This document shows, one piece after another, positions 41,775 through 55,080 of a DNA stretch of 64,000 nucleotides. The stretch's first letter is position 1. Every line of letters starts with the position of its first letter. The notes beneath the pieces were generated by a model. That model saw nothing but the letters and a program-made list of their open reading frames with translations, was not told the origin of the DNA and did no database searches. A program made the translations under genes and the position numbers. Location of the stretch: the IMG/VR virus record IMGVR_UViG_3300033463_000020; one strand, 5' to 3'. Source of the stretch: a virus. Its lineage: Duplodnaviria > Caudoviricetes.

Positions 41775-42608
41775 ATGGGTATTTATCTAGGTTACCGTGA
41801 GCTTGTTTTAACGGATGACGAGCTGTCAGATTTTTATTCCGGGTTATATGAATTTCCTGCCGATCTGGCACGGAATGAATATGTGATAATTAAGAATGTT
41901 GAAGGAGAAATTGTAGCAAAAACGCGATACGACGGTGAGGCAATGATTCAAGTACGCTACCCCACCATCACCAATCGCAATATGACTGTTTGTGGGCGTA
42001 ATGAATATCAGCATTGTGCAATCGACTTGCTATTGGCACGCAATGTCCCGGTCAAGTTATTATTGGGGGAGAGCGGAAGTGGGAAAGATTATTTAATGTC
42101 CGCTGCCGCCATGGCCCTCATAGATCGGGGAAAGTTCCAAAAAATCGTGTACATTCGTCCGAATGTTACCATTGATGGGGTGCCCGACATTGGCTACCGT
42201 AAAGGCGACACCTTCCAAAAATTAGCGTGGACCCTGGGGCCGCTGATAGACAAATACGGAGGGTAGCAAGCTATTGAAAACCTCATTCGTCGTGAAATTC
42301 TGGAATTAGTTCCCTTAATGGAAATTCGAGGACGTTCATTTGACAATGCGATTATTTATGTCAGTGAGGGGCAGAACCTAACGACCAATGTATTGCGCTC
42401 AATTATCACACGCGCTGGAGAAAAAACAGAAGTGTGGTTAAACGGTGATATTGCTTAGATCGACCGTGAAATTTATCGCGAGCATAACGGTATTACTCAA
42501 ATGGCCAACAAGTTTCGGGACAATCCCATGTTTGGCTGTATGTATTTGCCAATTGTAGAACGTTCCGCGGTTGCGAAATTAGGCGGTTTGCTAGAAGAGA
42601 CTGAATAA
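41775..42608 (+). CDS. phoH: PhoH-like ATPase (2 in-frame TAG)
   Basis: GESGSGKD, IRGRSFDN, EGQNLT, ITRAGE, NGDIA(TAG=Q)ID. Confidence 0.9.
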
Positions 42609-42626
42609 TGGATGGAGGATAATGAG

Positions 42627-43481
42627 ATGTTTTTACATACCCTAGATGATACCAGTTGGTCTATCGCCGACATTATCGGCCCTATTGGTACTGGTACCCA
42701 TAATTTTTTCATTAATTTCACTGCGAACGAGACCGAGTATGCATCGATCCGTTTTGTGGGCGATGCGAATAGCGGTCACGTGTATTACGACGACACTTTG
42801 GTCGCATCCTACCCCCTGACCGTGTGGGAGGATGCTGCATACCAGCAGGTCGCAATAGCTGGCGGCATAGACGCCACGAATCCCACTCTGTTAGCTTGGT
42901 TTAAGCAGTATGCGAAGAATGCTACGCCGAGCGGTGGAGATGCGGATATTATCAGTGCCCTAAATGATATCGCAGAGGCGATTTCTGGTGGTGGATCTGG
43001 CGGTGGGCTTCCCGATACCACTGATGCATCCGCAGGAGATGTCCTTGCTCTCGACGAGGACAAGCAGCCTACTTGGGCAGAGCCCAGCGGGGGAGATGGG
43101 ATACAGCAGTATCGTGCTGGCAATCCTGGCGAAGTGCTCTTTTGTATGCCGGGCGACACACCTACGGGGTATTGGCAACCCGCTATACAATTAATCTTAT
43201 TTGACGAACAATACTTGGGAGCCAATAAGGTGTATGCTTGCAATTCAGCAAACCTATCCACCGTGAAATCCAATACTACTCTGGCGGGTTATCTGCCTAT
43301 TGCGAGGATACGAAATCTGGCTGAGACTGAAATTAAGTACTGGTACCCGTCTCGCGTAACGACCGAAGATTTATATTTCCACGATCCCATGACCGAGACT
43401 GAATATCGAGCCGTCATTTAGATATATAATGACCAAACGTATATCGTTTTATAGCCAGTCGGTCCAGATGCAGAGGTCTAA
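42627..43481 (+). CDS. Virion fibre-like protein, paralogue of 61077-61907; TAG=Gln
   Basis: Shares N-terminal ~150 aa with 61077; reads through TAG to TAA at 43479. Confidence 0.7.
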
Positions 43482-43579
43482 TCACCGCAGACTGACACTG
43501 TGATAAAATAATTGTTTTATATAATAAACAAAACAGGCATTTTTGTCTATAATAATAAACATATTAAGGAGGTGGGCAC

Positions 43580-44392
43580 ATGCCTACACTTGGATGTATT
43601 CCTTCTCCCCCGGATGTCCGGGATTATAAACTAGTGGTTGCCGGCTCTGCCGGGCCATTGCCCGAATCTTTCGAGCTAATTCCGCCCAAAGTTAAAAATC
43701 AGGGCGGCACCTCCTCGTGCGTCGCTCATGCGGCATCTTCGGCGGTGGAGTATTTCCACGCGCAAGAGCACGAAGCTGTTGCACAGTTTTCAACCGAATT
43801 TATTTATGGCTACCGCCCCAAAGACTACTATCAGGGCAACGGTATGATCATTCGTGAGGCGTTGCAAACTCTGGCGCAGCTGGGAGATGTTTTTTGGATT
43901 AATTTACCGGGCAACCATCAGGTGGAAGAAGCTCGCGCTAATGTGGATAAACACCTCGAAGCGTTGACGCCTTTAGCGGCGCCGCATAAAATAGCGGAAT
44001 ATTATCGCTGCCGTGGTGCGGAAGAAATGAAACGTGCATTGGTTACGGGACACCCGCTGATCTGCTGTATTGCAGTACGCCAGGGCGACCATTTGGATTC
44101 CACCCATGTTTGGCGCACGGATCCCAAAGCGAACATCACGGGGTACCACGCGTTAATGATTTATGGTTATAACACAGTGGGGTTCTTAACACAGAACTCC
44201 TGGGGCACAGTTTGGGGCAACGGCGGGCGTTTTATACTACCCTACGATTTTGAACTTGGAGAGGTCTGGGGTCTTCGTGATCAGGCCGATCCTGACGCCG
44301 AGAATGATATCAAACGCCCCTTCCGCTCATTTATTGGCCAAATCATTGCTAAAGTTATTAATTTCTTCTTAAGACTTGGTCGCAAGTAGTGA
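43580..44392 (+). CDS. Papain-like (C1A) cysteine peptidase
   Basis: NQG.TSSCVAHA, GYHALMIYGY, QNSWGT.WG.GG catalytic motifs; ends TAG-TGA. Confidence 0.88.
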
Positions 44393-44413
44393 TATTTACA
44401 AGGAGGAACAACA

Positions 44414-44644
44414 ATGATCTTAATTGATTATGTTAACCAGTCCTGGCAGACTACTTACGTGTTGTATGCCGACACGTAGGCGGAGGTGCCGCGCACTGGC
44501 TTGGAAACGGCCGCGCTGGTCGACCTAAAAGATTTACCCACCAGCTCAATGATCTATACCTCCTATGGCGATATCGCTATTTTAAACAGTTCTGACGTTT
44601 GGATTTGGAAGGGCACTGAGGAACCAGTTTAGGTTGACCCTTGA
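44414..44644 (+). CDS. Small hypothetical protein (2 in-frame TAG)
   Basis: RBS AGGAGG; open under code 15. Confidence 0.65.
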
Positions 44645-44655
44645 GGTGAGTTGCA

Positions 44656-45387
44656 ATGACGAAAGACCTGCTTCTTGCCATTGCTCTGAGCGGCGGGTCG
44701 GGGGGATCTTCCCCAGCGCACGGTCAGGTTGACTGGAATGAAACGAATCCGAATTCCGCTGCCTATATCAAACATAAACCGCGCATAAATGGAGCGACAC
44801 TGACCAGTACCACGACCTCATTTGATCTTGGATTGATGGACGCCCCTGATGAACCAGGGGCGCCCAACGCCATTCTTAAAAATACAATGAGCGGATGGCC
44901 CTCATGGGCGAATGCAGCATTGGTTGCTGAGACGGAGGGGTCGCGCAGTACGCCCGGCACAACTGTTATTATGGCAGGGAATGCCTTGGACCCGCATAGC
45001 GGGGAGGGTAAAATCGGCATGTTCCGGATGCTGTATGCTTCTGGCAATAATGTAGCGAATGTCACGATATGCGCGGCAGCTCCCACGAGCGGGGCATTTG
45101 CCAAAACTTTTCTTTTTGGTGCCCAAACTCCGGCGGGAGATGCATATGTAATTTCAAGTTCTAGAGCCGAAAATGCGCCCGGAGCCCTGGCAAAATTTGA
45201 GGATGGGTTGTCGGTGGTTGCGGGGAACTTGGTCGAGGAAGACATCGAAGTTCGAACCAATAAAGTTACATCAGTTTCAGCTCAGTCTACTGATACCCAA
45301 TATCCGTCAGCAAAGTGCGTATATGACGCTATCGACAATGCTACCACATCTATCTCGGACGCTGAAATAGACGTGATTTGTCAATAA
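44656..45387 (+). CDS. Virion structural/fibre protein
   Basis: Q.DWNE.N..S.AYIK.KP, NKVTS....STDTQYPSAKCVYD, IS.AEID motifs. Confidence 0.7.
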   Translation: MTKDLLLAIALSGGSGGSSPAHGQVDWNETNPNSAAYIKHKPRINGATLTSTTTSFDLGLMDAPDEPGAPNAILKNTMSGWPSWANAALVAETEGSRSTPGTTVIMAGNALDPHSGEGKIGMFRMLYASGNNVANVTICAAAPTSGAFAKTFLFGAQTPAGDAYVISSSRAENAPGALAKFEDGLSVVAGNLVEEDIEVRTNKVTSVSAQSTDTQYPSAKCVYDAIDNATTSISDAEIDVICQ

Positions 45388-45421
45388 AATTTTAAGAATT
45401 GCTTACGAAGGAGGCTAACAA

Positions 45422-46810
45422 ATGAGCGAAAAGTATTTGGATTAGGCCGGTCTATAGAGAGTCTGGGATAAAGTTAAGGGACTTATTCCTACGAACACTT
45501 CCGATCTGACCAACGATGGTAGCGATGGCACTTCAACTTATGTTGAGGCCGATGATCTCGCAACCGTTGCTACTAGCGGTAGCTATAACGACCTATCTAA
45601 TAAACCTACGATTCCCACAGTAAACAATGCCACCCTTACTGTTCAAAAGAATGGCACCTCTGTGGGCACCTTTACCGCAAACTCGAACACGAATACAGAG
45701 ATCAATATTACCGTCCCAACAAGTGCGGCTGACGTATCGGCGCTTCCGGCCAGCACCAAATATGGCGCTAGTATTAGTGTCTCTATTAATACTACTAACT
45801 ATCAAATCACCACCACGCTGAAAGATCAGGACGGCAATACATTGGGTACCGCCCAAACGATCGATCTACCGCTTGAAAGCGTGGTCGTCAATGGTTCTTA
45901 CGATAGTACCAATAAAGAAATTGTCCTTACACTTCAAAATGGCAACACCATTGAGATTCCTGTGAGTGACCTGGTGTCGGGATTGCAATCCGAGATTACC
46001 GCCCAGAACAAACTGAGTGCTGATCTTGTTGACGATACCAACACCACCCATAAATTCACTACAGCAGCCGAGAAGACCAAACTGGCAGGTATTGCGACCG
46101 GAGCGCAGGTAAACGTTATTGAGACGGTAAAGGTTAACGGTACTGCTCTGACGGTTACCAGTAAAGCCGTAGATGTCACTGTACCAACGCAGACTTCTGA
46201 TTTGACTAATAACGGTGCGGACGGCACCTCCACTTATGTTGAAGCGGATGACCTGGCGACTGTAGCGACATCTGGCTCGTATAATGACTTGTCTAACAAG
46301 CCGACCATTCCTACGGTCAACAATGGTACCTTAACGATTCAACGCAACACTACCACTGTTGGCACCTTTACGGCAAACCAGTCGGGTAATACAACCGTAG
46401 ATATTACTGTGCCCACGAAGACCAGCGATCTCACCAATGATAGCGGTTTTATCACTTCCGCCGATGTTGGTGTAACATCGTTCAATGGCGCGACTGGAGC
46501 AATTGTATATCACGGTATCGTGTATATCGAGAGCAGTGATTTGAGCCTGGCTACTTACAGTGCTTTAGCAGCTTATATTTCTGCTGGTAGTCTTCCCATA
46601 ATTCTTGACGGGACCAATTTACTATATTTTGCAAATATGGGGTCGGCCAATGAGCTGATCTTCCATCCGATTAGACCAACAAGCGCTACATATACTTATC
46701 GTTATATCACAAGTGATAATGTCTGGCACACCGCTACGGCGGCTGGTTTAATGTTATAGGGGGATATGGTAGCATTGACCAATGCTGAAATAGACGCTAT
46801 TTGTGTCTAA
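45422..46810 (+). CDS. Fibre protein (head/tail fibre type); TAG=Gln
   Basis: KYLD(Q)AGL(Q)RVWDKVKG start; LATVATSGSYNDLSNKPTIP repeats. Confidence 0.8.
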
Positions 46811-46828
46811 TAAATAAAGGAGGCTGCT

Positions 46829-49800
46829 ATGCCTGAGAAATATCTAAATGAAAGTGGCCTATCTCATGTATGGGACAAGATAAAGGGGATCCTCCCCAAT
46901 GGCGCATATTATGTCGAGGGAACGGGGTCCGCGGCAGCAGTGACTAGCAAGCCTTACTATTCAGCCCGTTGGAGAGGCAGTAATGCCAATATTACCTCGC
47001 TTTACTCGGGGTTAATGATTAATTATAAATTGGATGTGGCGGGTAACGGCTCATATTACACGGTGCTCGATCTCAACGGTTTGGGGGAGCACCCGGTATG
47101 TTCAAATGTGAACTCCGCTATTTCTACGAAGTATGCCGTTGGCTGTATTATCCCTCTAGTATATGATGCCACTTAGACTGCCTCTGCTTATATTAATGCA
47201 AATAGCGCCACTACCATTACCGGCGTATGGAAGATGGCCGAGTATGACTCGACTATTACCTATCGATTAACCAACTATTACTATAATCCCAAGACAACTA
47301 CCGCGCTGCATCGTTACCAGTTTTTGTTTCATAGCTATGATTTAAGCCACGTTATTCCAGCAAGTACGGCGAATAATCAACCATCGACATATACTAAAGC
47401 GCTAACCAGCGTAGGTTTTGATCCATTTGGGCCGATATATTACTATGCTTCTACGACCGATAAAGCGGCCGAAGAGGCGCTTAGTTCAAACGTGGCTGCC
47501 GCGCAGTACTTAACAGATGTGCGATATTCTTTTAATATCAACAGTAGTGGTACTGCTGGGACGACCGCTTTAACGGCAGGATTACCAGTTTTTATTAAAG
47601 CACGGTATAATAAGACGACACACTTGGCTTATTTTGTGCAAGACACAACTTCAGCCTCATATTTCACACGTAGTAGTTTAACACAGACCTTGCCAGTCTC
47701 CAATCCTAACGACGATGCGGGTTTGGGCTATATTTTCATCTATATTTATCTGGGGCAGGCCTACAATAAGTATCAGATGGATCTGCTAGTTAATCATCCT
47801 GTATATTATTGGGACACAGCAGCGGGCAAGATTGAGCAGTTAACCGCCGGTCCGCTCCCTGGTACGCTGGATACGACAGCAACGACAGCATAGAGTACAA
47901 ATGCTGCTGAACCTTTAAATGGCGCCGTCACGCTCCATAAAATCGCTAAAACTGGTACTTATTCAGACCTAATTGGGACGCCCAATTTAGCAAGTGTGGC
48001 TACTTCGGGGTCTTATAATGATTTGAGCAATAAGCCTACCATTCCAACTGTTGGTACGCTTAAGACTGATAATACATCGGCTCAATCAGCTAGCGCTTCT
48101 GAGTCGTTTGGGGGTACCATTAATTTGCATAAAGTTGCAAAAACAGGTACATATTCGGATCTTATTGGCACCCCCACGTTAGCAACTGTAGCCACTTCCG
48201 GCAGTTATACTGACTTATCGAATAAACCAACTATACCTAGCGCTCCTGGAACCTTAAATACGACAGCGACAACGGCGCAGTCTACGAGTGCTTCTGAGGC
48301 TTTAAGTGGCTCTATTACATTGCATAAAATTGCTAAGACCGGCACATATTCAGATCTAATTGGTACACCGACACTAGCGACCGTAGCCACCTCGGGCTCG
48401 TATAACGATCTAAGCAATAAACCCACGATCCCCTCTGCCCCTGGAACGTTAAACACAACGGCGACATCCGCCTAGAGCACGGCGGCGGCAGAGGCGCTTA
48501 GCGGTTCTGTCACTTTGCATAAAATCGCAAAAACTGGTAGCTACAATGATTTAAATAATAAACCTACGATCCCCACAGTTGTTAGTACATACTCTGCCAC
48601 GGGTACCGATGCAGTTAATGGCACCGCTGTTGCGGCGGCGCTCGCAACATTGCCGACGCCTATGCAATTTATTGGTACTGTTGGCACTAGTGGAACAGTC
48701 ACGTGGGCCAATTTACCCGCCGCATCCACATGTTAGGGATATACGTACAAAGTTATTACGGACCATTCTACTGCGCCGATTTGCAAAGCAGGAGATACCA
48801 TCGTTTCTAATGGCACAGAATGGGTTGTCATTCCTTCGGGCGATGAACCCAGTGGAACGGTTACCTCGGTGGCGGTCTCTAATGGTGGGGGACTATCGGT
48901 TTCTGGCAGTCCAATCACCTCATCTGGAACCATTACCATCTCGCACGCTGACACTAGTTCGCAAGCTACTGTCACCAATAGTGGCCGCACATATATTCAA
49001 AGCGTAACGTTAGATACTTATGGGCACGTGACCGCCCTGTCGAGCGCAACCGAAACAGTTACTGACACCAACACTACATACACTTTGAATGTAAGCGGTA
49101 CTGGTACTAATGCTAATAAAGTAGGTTTAGTTGCCGGTGGTTCTGGTTCGGGCACAACCTGGTATACAATTCCATACGCAACAGCGGCTGGCAGCGCCGA
49201 TGTTGCTGCTAGTGCGACCACCGCTGGCACAGCAGATGTGGCAAATTCTGTCGCATGGGCCAATGTCTCGGGGCACGAAGCAGGTGTTAAGGCAGATATC
49301 GGTATTGCAACGAGCGGCACAACTTTCCTTCGTAAAGACGGGACCTGGGCGACACCAACAGATACAAATACTACTTATGCCTTATCTGGCGCGCTGTCAA
49401 GTCATAAATTCACATCTACTTTGACGGCGGGCGGCTCTGGATCGGGCACAAGTACTACTGATCTTACACTTGCGGCTGGTAGTAACATTACATTAACAGA
49501 CGACACCTCAAATCGCAAGATCACCATTGCGGCGACTGACACAAATACGACTTATACCCTAAACGTCAGTGGCACTGGTGATAACGCAAATAAGATCGGT
49601 CTTGTTGCTGGCGGATCGGGCTCTGGCACCGCATGGTATACAGTTCCCTATGCAACAAGCGCAGGCACTGCGGCCTCTGCCAGTTCGGTTGCCTGGGCGA
49701 ATGTGTCGGGACACGATGCTGGTGTTGATGCTGATTTAGGGATCAATACTTCGAGTGGTGACACCACAAAGTTCCTCAATGCTAAAGGCGGATGGGCGGT

Positions 49801-50455
49801 GCCAGCTGGTACATATGTTCATCCCGCTTATGATACAGCCACTGCGGCTGCTGTTAAAATCGGGCGTGACTCCACGGGGCATGTAACGATTGGTGCTGCG
49901 TTAACCGCGGCAGATGTTGGTGCGGCCACCAGTGGACACACTCATACATATACTCTAAATGGTGCGTCGACTACATCGTTATCGTTCTATGCACCAACCG
50001 GAGCCGGTACTTCGGGGCAATATTTAAAGTCAAACGGAAGCGGCGCACCATCCTGGACAAACTTCCCGACGATCCCGTCAATTACATTAAACGGCTCTTC
50101 GACTACCTCGCCGGCATTTTATGCGCCAACAGGCGCGGGTACCTCAGGACAATATCTAAAATCTAATGGATCGGGTGCTCCTACGTGGGCAACTCTTCCT
50201 ACTGTTCCAACCATTACATTGAATGGCTCGGCTACTACCTCACCATCTTTCTACGCACCAGTATCCGCAGGCACATCTGGATATGTGCTACAATCCAACG
50301 GATCAGGTGCCCCGAGTTGGGTTACTCCTCCGTCGGGACTACCAGCGGTAACCGTAGCTGATAATGATAAGGTTTTAGCCGTTGTAAATGGAGCCTGGGC
50401 GCCTTCAACTGCTGGCTCGGCCTCAATAATATTTAGGGAGTGGGTAACATCATGA
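46829..50455 (+). CDS. Large (1208 aa) fibre protein; TAG=Gln
   Basis: Five same-frame pieces joined by TAG; LHKIAKTGTYSDLIG and FYAPTGAGTSGQYLKSNGSGAP repeats; shares modules with the 29896 gene. Confidence 0.82.
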
Positions 50456-51336
50456 TTTTAAAATTAGGCGATTAGACTGTTTGCCCGGTAGTTACAGTAA
50501 CGCCAACGAGCTATACACTATAGGCAAAAAATGCTGCCCCCTCTACTTCGAGTCAAACTATTTCTCCTGACACAGGATATTACGGCTTATCAAGTGTAAC
50601 TCTTGGTGCTGTAACATCGGCCATAGACCCTAATATTGTTGCTGGGAATATTAAACAAGGAGTGACAATATTAGGGGTGGCCGGTACCGTTCAAGAGGGC
50701 GGCACCATCCAGAGTAGCAAAACTGCGACCCCCTCAACGAGTAGTCAAACAATTGCTCCTGACTCAGGATATGACGGGTTAGGACAGGTAATTGTTAATC
50801 CGGTTACTGCATCCATTGACTCGAACATTGCAGCGGGAAATATTAAGTCAGGCGTGTCTATTTTGGGGGTGAGCGGGTCGTTAACGCCAGCGTCGTTAAC
50901 CACCTAGACTATCACCCCCACCACTTCTGCGCAAACAGTGACTCCAACTTCTCCATACAACGGATTTTCTTCGGTAACCGTGCCCGCAGTTACTGCGGCT
51001 ATTGATTCGAATATTGCAGCGGGAAATATTAAGTCGGGTGTGACCATTTTAGGAGTGAGTGGAACTCTATCACCAGCCTCGTTGACTACTTAGACTATTA
51101 CTCCTTCTACCTCCTCTCAAACAGTGACCCCCACCTCTCCCTATAACGGATTTTCGTCCGTAACAGTTCCGGCAGTTACTGCAGCAATTGATTCGAACAT
51201 TGCGGCGGGAAATATTAAGTCAGGTGTGACCATTCTTGGTGTACAAGGTAGTCTTGTGGTACAAAATTATTACACAGGGTCTAGTACGCCTGCATCGTCT
51301 TTGGGCTCGAATGGGGATATTTATTTATAGATATGA
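50452..51336 (+). CDS. Tail fibre-like repeat protein; TAG=Gln
   Basis: Four IDSNIAAGNIKSGVTILGV repeats with ~186-nt period; ends GDIYL(Q)I-TGA. Confidence 0.8.
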
Positions 51337-51346
51337 GGTATAATTA

Positions 51347-52912
51347 ATGGCAACAATTAGATTAGTGCCAAGCACTTATGCAGTAAATCATAGCAGTTAT
51401 GTTAGTGTTACTAATCCATCTAATATGTATAATAATACTGACCATACGAGTAATTATGCCTCAATTAAAGGACGTAATAATAGTAGTAATACATATTATT
51501 GTTATGTAAGAGGCTTTAATTTTGATGATGTACCTAGTGGCGCTATTGTATCCGCTTTTTCAGTTAAAATTCGTGCTTATCGAAATAGTTATTTAAATAC
51601 AAGTTCAAGTTATTATTTAAGCCTTTGTAACGGTACTTCTGCTATTAGTAATACCGCTTTAACGTCTGCTCTTACAACAACCTCTACAGTTTATACTTTT
51701 CCAACTACTACTTTATCATGGGATACTATTAAAGGTTACGGCTCTGACTTTGGGATATATATACCATTACGTAGAGGTAGTAGTAGTGGCACACCTTATG
51801 TATATGTATATGGTATTGAGATTGAAGTTACTTATGCTCTGGCTAACCCTCGCACTATTACATCTACTTTAACTGGTAGCGGCACGATTAACCCCAGTGG
51901 AGCCTAGACGTATTACGATGGTGATACCTATACTTTAACTATTACTCCCACTGACACAGCGTCTGCTGTTACAGTAACTAAAGATAATGTTGATGTTTCA
52001 TCTAACTTGATAGCTCACTATCATAGAGAAGGGGGCACATCAAGTAGTACTAGTGTGACGTTAGGCACTTATGCATTAGTGAGTGGAGGATTTAACGGGT
52101 CGGGCGCTTCATATTTTTCTGGTTTAGTAGGAAAAAGCCATACAAATTCTTCTGGTTCAAGTAACTATTATTCTAGCGGTAGTGGTACAATTGCAGTATT
52201 TACTTATGATGTTGGAGTAACCTTACCAAGCGATGCCGAGATTACTGGAATTACAGTTTAGGTAAGTGGCCATGCGGAAAGCACATCATAGTCTTCAGAA
52301 TATATGTGCGCATAGTTAGTATCGAGTGATTTAAATACTGAATTTACTAGCGAATTAAATTTTAAAAGTATCGGAACCTCTAACTCAGTACAAACATTAA
52401 CAGCCACTACCTTACCAACCGTTGCTTAGGCGGCAAATATGAAATTACAATGCCGTTTAGGTTATTATGGTGGAGCGTTAGGTGGAGCAACAGTAACTGT
52501 AACTTATACTACTGGTGGTACTTAGGTATTAGATTACTATACGTATTCATACACGGTCAGCGGCGACGCAACTATTAATGTTACCATTGTATCTCCTGTC
52601 GCTGCAACGGTTACGTCGACTCTTACGGGGTACGGAACGATCAGCCCCAGCGGCGCGACGAGTACTTACGAGGGGCGAAGCTATACTTTAACAATTACGC
52701 CTGATGAGAGTACTTATATAGTAACTGCTACAAAAAATAATGTAGATATTACAAGCAGTCTTGTTAATCATACTACGTATTATACCTATACTTATACTGT
52801 AGATGGTAATGCGACGATTGCTGTTGTTATAACCAGACCTGCTAAATTATGGGTGAAAATCAACGCGGGTAACGAGGTCTTTATCGGCACCGCTTATTAT
52901 CACGAGACCTGA
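51347..52912 (+). CDS. Tail/adhesin protein with Ig-like repeats; TAG=Gln
   Basis: Frame open under code 15 to TGA at 52910; two TSTLTG.GTI.PSGA...YTLTITP repeats; AT-rich. Confidence 0.75.
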
Positions 52913-52922
52913 GGAGAGGGGC

Positions 52923-53339
52923 ATGGGAACCAAAACATTTAATATCGCGACTTTAAGTCAATTTAATAATGGCGATCTCTGCCATGTAATCGGTCATGTG
53001 GGTATCATGGACTCTGGCGTTGCTAGAGCGGTAGCGAGCATTGATTCGACCTTTTTTTGGTCCAATAATAATGAGATTACCGCCAGCGGTACCTGGACAG
53101 GGCATGGCAGTGCGTCTTATACCATTACCCTGACATCGTCATAGCTGATTTTTAATTATACTGCAACCTGGTCCTCGGGATGGTCAGACGTTAATTTAGA
53201 CGTGTATAAGGTGACGAGCCCCTGGGTTGCAGCGCAAAAAGCCTATAAAAAGCAAAATGGCGCATGGGTGGAAATAACCGATATGTCTTAGGTATTCGAT
53301 CCCAATGTGTCATACCAAAGAGCGGAAGAGACAAACTAA
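52923..53339 (+). CDS. Small tail-associated protein (2 in-frame TAG)
   Basis: RBS present; C-terminal KAYKKQNGAWVE motif. Confidence 0.6.
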
Positions 53340-53380
53340 ATTTGATTTTTAGCAGTAGTATAAAAGGGAGGTGATAGAAT

Positions 53381-53983
53381 ATGATACCGCCTACAGACAA
53401 AATGCCTGACGTACGAGGGGCAACATAGTATATTGCCTCAAGTGATTCAAATGGTACAATTAATTATCTTTATCCCTCTGTGACACAAGCGAACCCACTT
53501 TATATTCACTATTATTATGGGCTAGGTATTGCTGGTTCCGGAGAGACCCCCGTGGCGAGAGAGCTACAATTTGATGAAGATGTTGTGATGTATTTTGAGG
53601 AAGAATCTTATCCTCGTTTGGCTGTAATTATTAATGGTACTCGATATTACTTTGGGTGGAATTAGGCACAATTTACTTTACGGGTGGCGTCTTTCTCGCC
53701 TATTCGGTCACTACCACGGATGACTTCGTCTACTATGGATCCTCTTGCTCCTCAATCATAGTTAATTATTAACAAAATGTCTCTTGAACAATATGAGGCA
53801 ATCGATCATAATCGTTTTGAATTTTATGTGGTGGACGACGGAATTGAATACCAGACTGTGCATAACAAGCTGGCCGTTCTTAACACCGCCGCGACGCACA
53901 ATGAGTACCCCTCGGCTAAAGCCATTTATAATTTAGCCCAGGGAGGTTGTGTAGCGCGGGACGCCACGTACGTTAAATACTGA
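53381..53983 (+). CDS. Virion protein; TAG=Gln
   Basis: RBS GGAGG; NK......T..EYPSAKAIY motif. Confidence 0.62.
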
Positions 53984-53992
53984 GGTGGCATA

Positions 53993-55063
53993 ATGGCACG
54001 AGAACGTCATATAACTTATTATAAAAATGATGGCAGTGGTACCACCCTGTCATGTGTACACTCTGGCACCGGCGCCGTACAGCTGGACCCCATCGATGCT
54101 GTTGGGGAGTTCTGGGGCGAGATTCCATAGGACTGGTCGCGCACGGCATATGCCTGGGTTTGCTGGAATACAGCGGAGGATGGTAGCGGCACGTCGTATG
54201 GTGTAGGCGAGAATCCAACAGGCACACAAATTGTTGTATACGCAATTTGGCAATATTAGCCATACATAGAACACAACGTGTCGTAGGGGGTCATTAATCT
54301 GTTGTCGCAGGATCAGTACGAAGGTGCGACACTATCAAATACTGAGTTTTATATTGTAAATGACGGGCTGGAATATGAATTGGCGAGTAATTTGTATCCG
54401 GCTTTCGAGGGCTCGGTATCAACAATCGTTTCGCCCCTATATTAGCTGCCCAGCCAAACATCTTTTAATGGTTCTAGTACTTATATTGATACTGGGATCT
54501 CGATCTTAAGCACAGATTAGGACTTTACCATTTTTTTAGATTTTCAATATAATTCTTCGACGGATCGCATGTCGGTTATGCACTGTATGAATGAGACTTC
54601 GCCCTGGCCTGGTATGACTTTTAACGTGTACAATTCAAACTTTGAAGCGCAATATTACGGTGCCAAAGCCCTGGCCCCATATGACACTAATAGACACAAA
54701 ATAATCTATGTGCACACTGCTGGAACAACTAGTGCGTGTGTCTTATATTTCGATTCGACAACCGGAATGGCCAATACTGTCGATAGGGCGTATTCCAATA
54801 TTTCGCAACATGTCCTATTGGGCTGTTATCAGGCGTCCAACGGAACCAAGGGACGGTGGTTTAATGGTACCCTGTATGACGCGTGCATATATGATGTAGT
54901 ACCGTCTACAGAAGTAATTGCGGGTTTAATGTCGCAAGGTTCCAAGAACACGCCGGTGACCAAGATGGTTCCGATTGATAAGGATATATATTATCCATCA
55001 GCCAAAGCGGTGTACGATGCGTGGGTCGAGGGGTCATTCAACGCAAATAACAAATATTATTAA
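53993..55063 (+). CDS. Virion protein with InlB-B/Listeria-Bacteroides repeat and LamG-like domain; TAG=Gln
   Basis: WNTAEDGSGTSY...VYAIW; FNGSSTYIDTG; YPSAKAVYD. Confidence 0.72.
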
Positions 55064-55080
55064 AGAGGAGGGCTGTGCGC

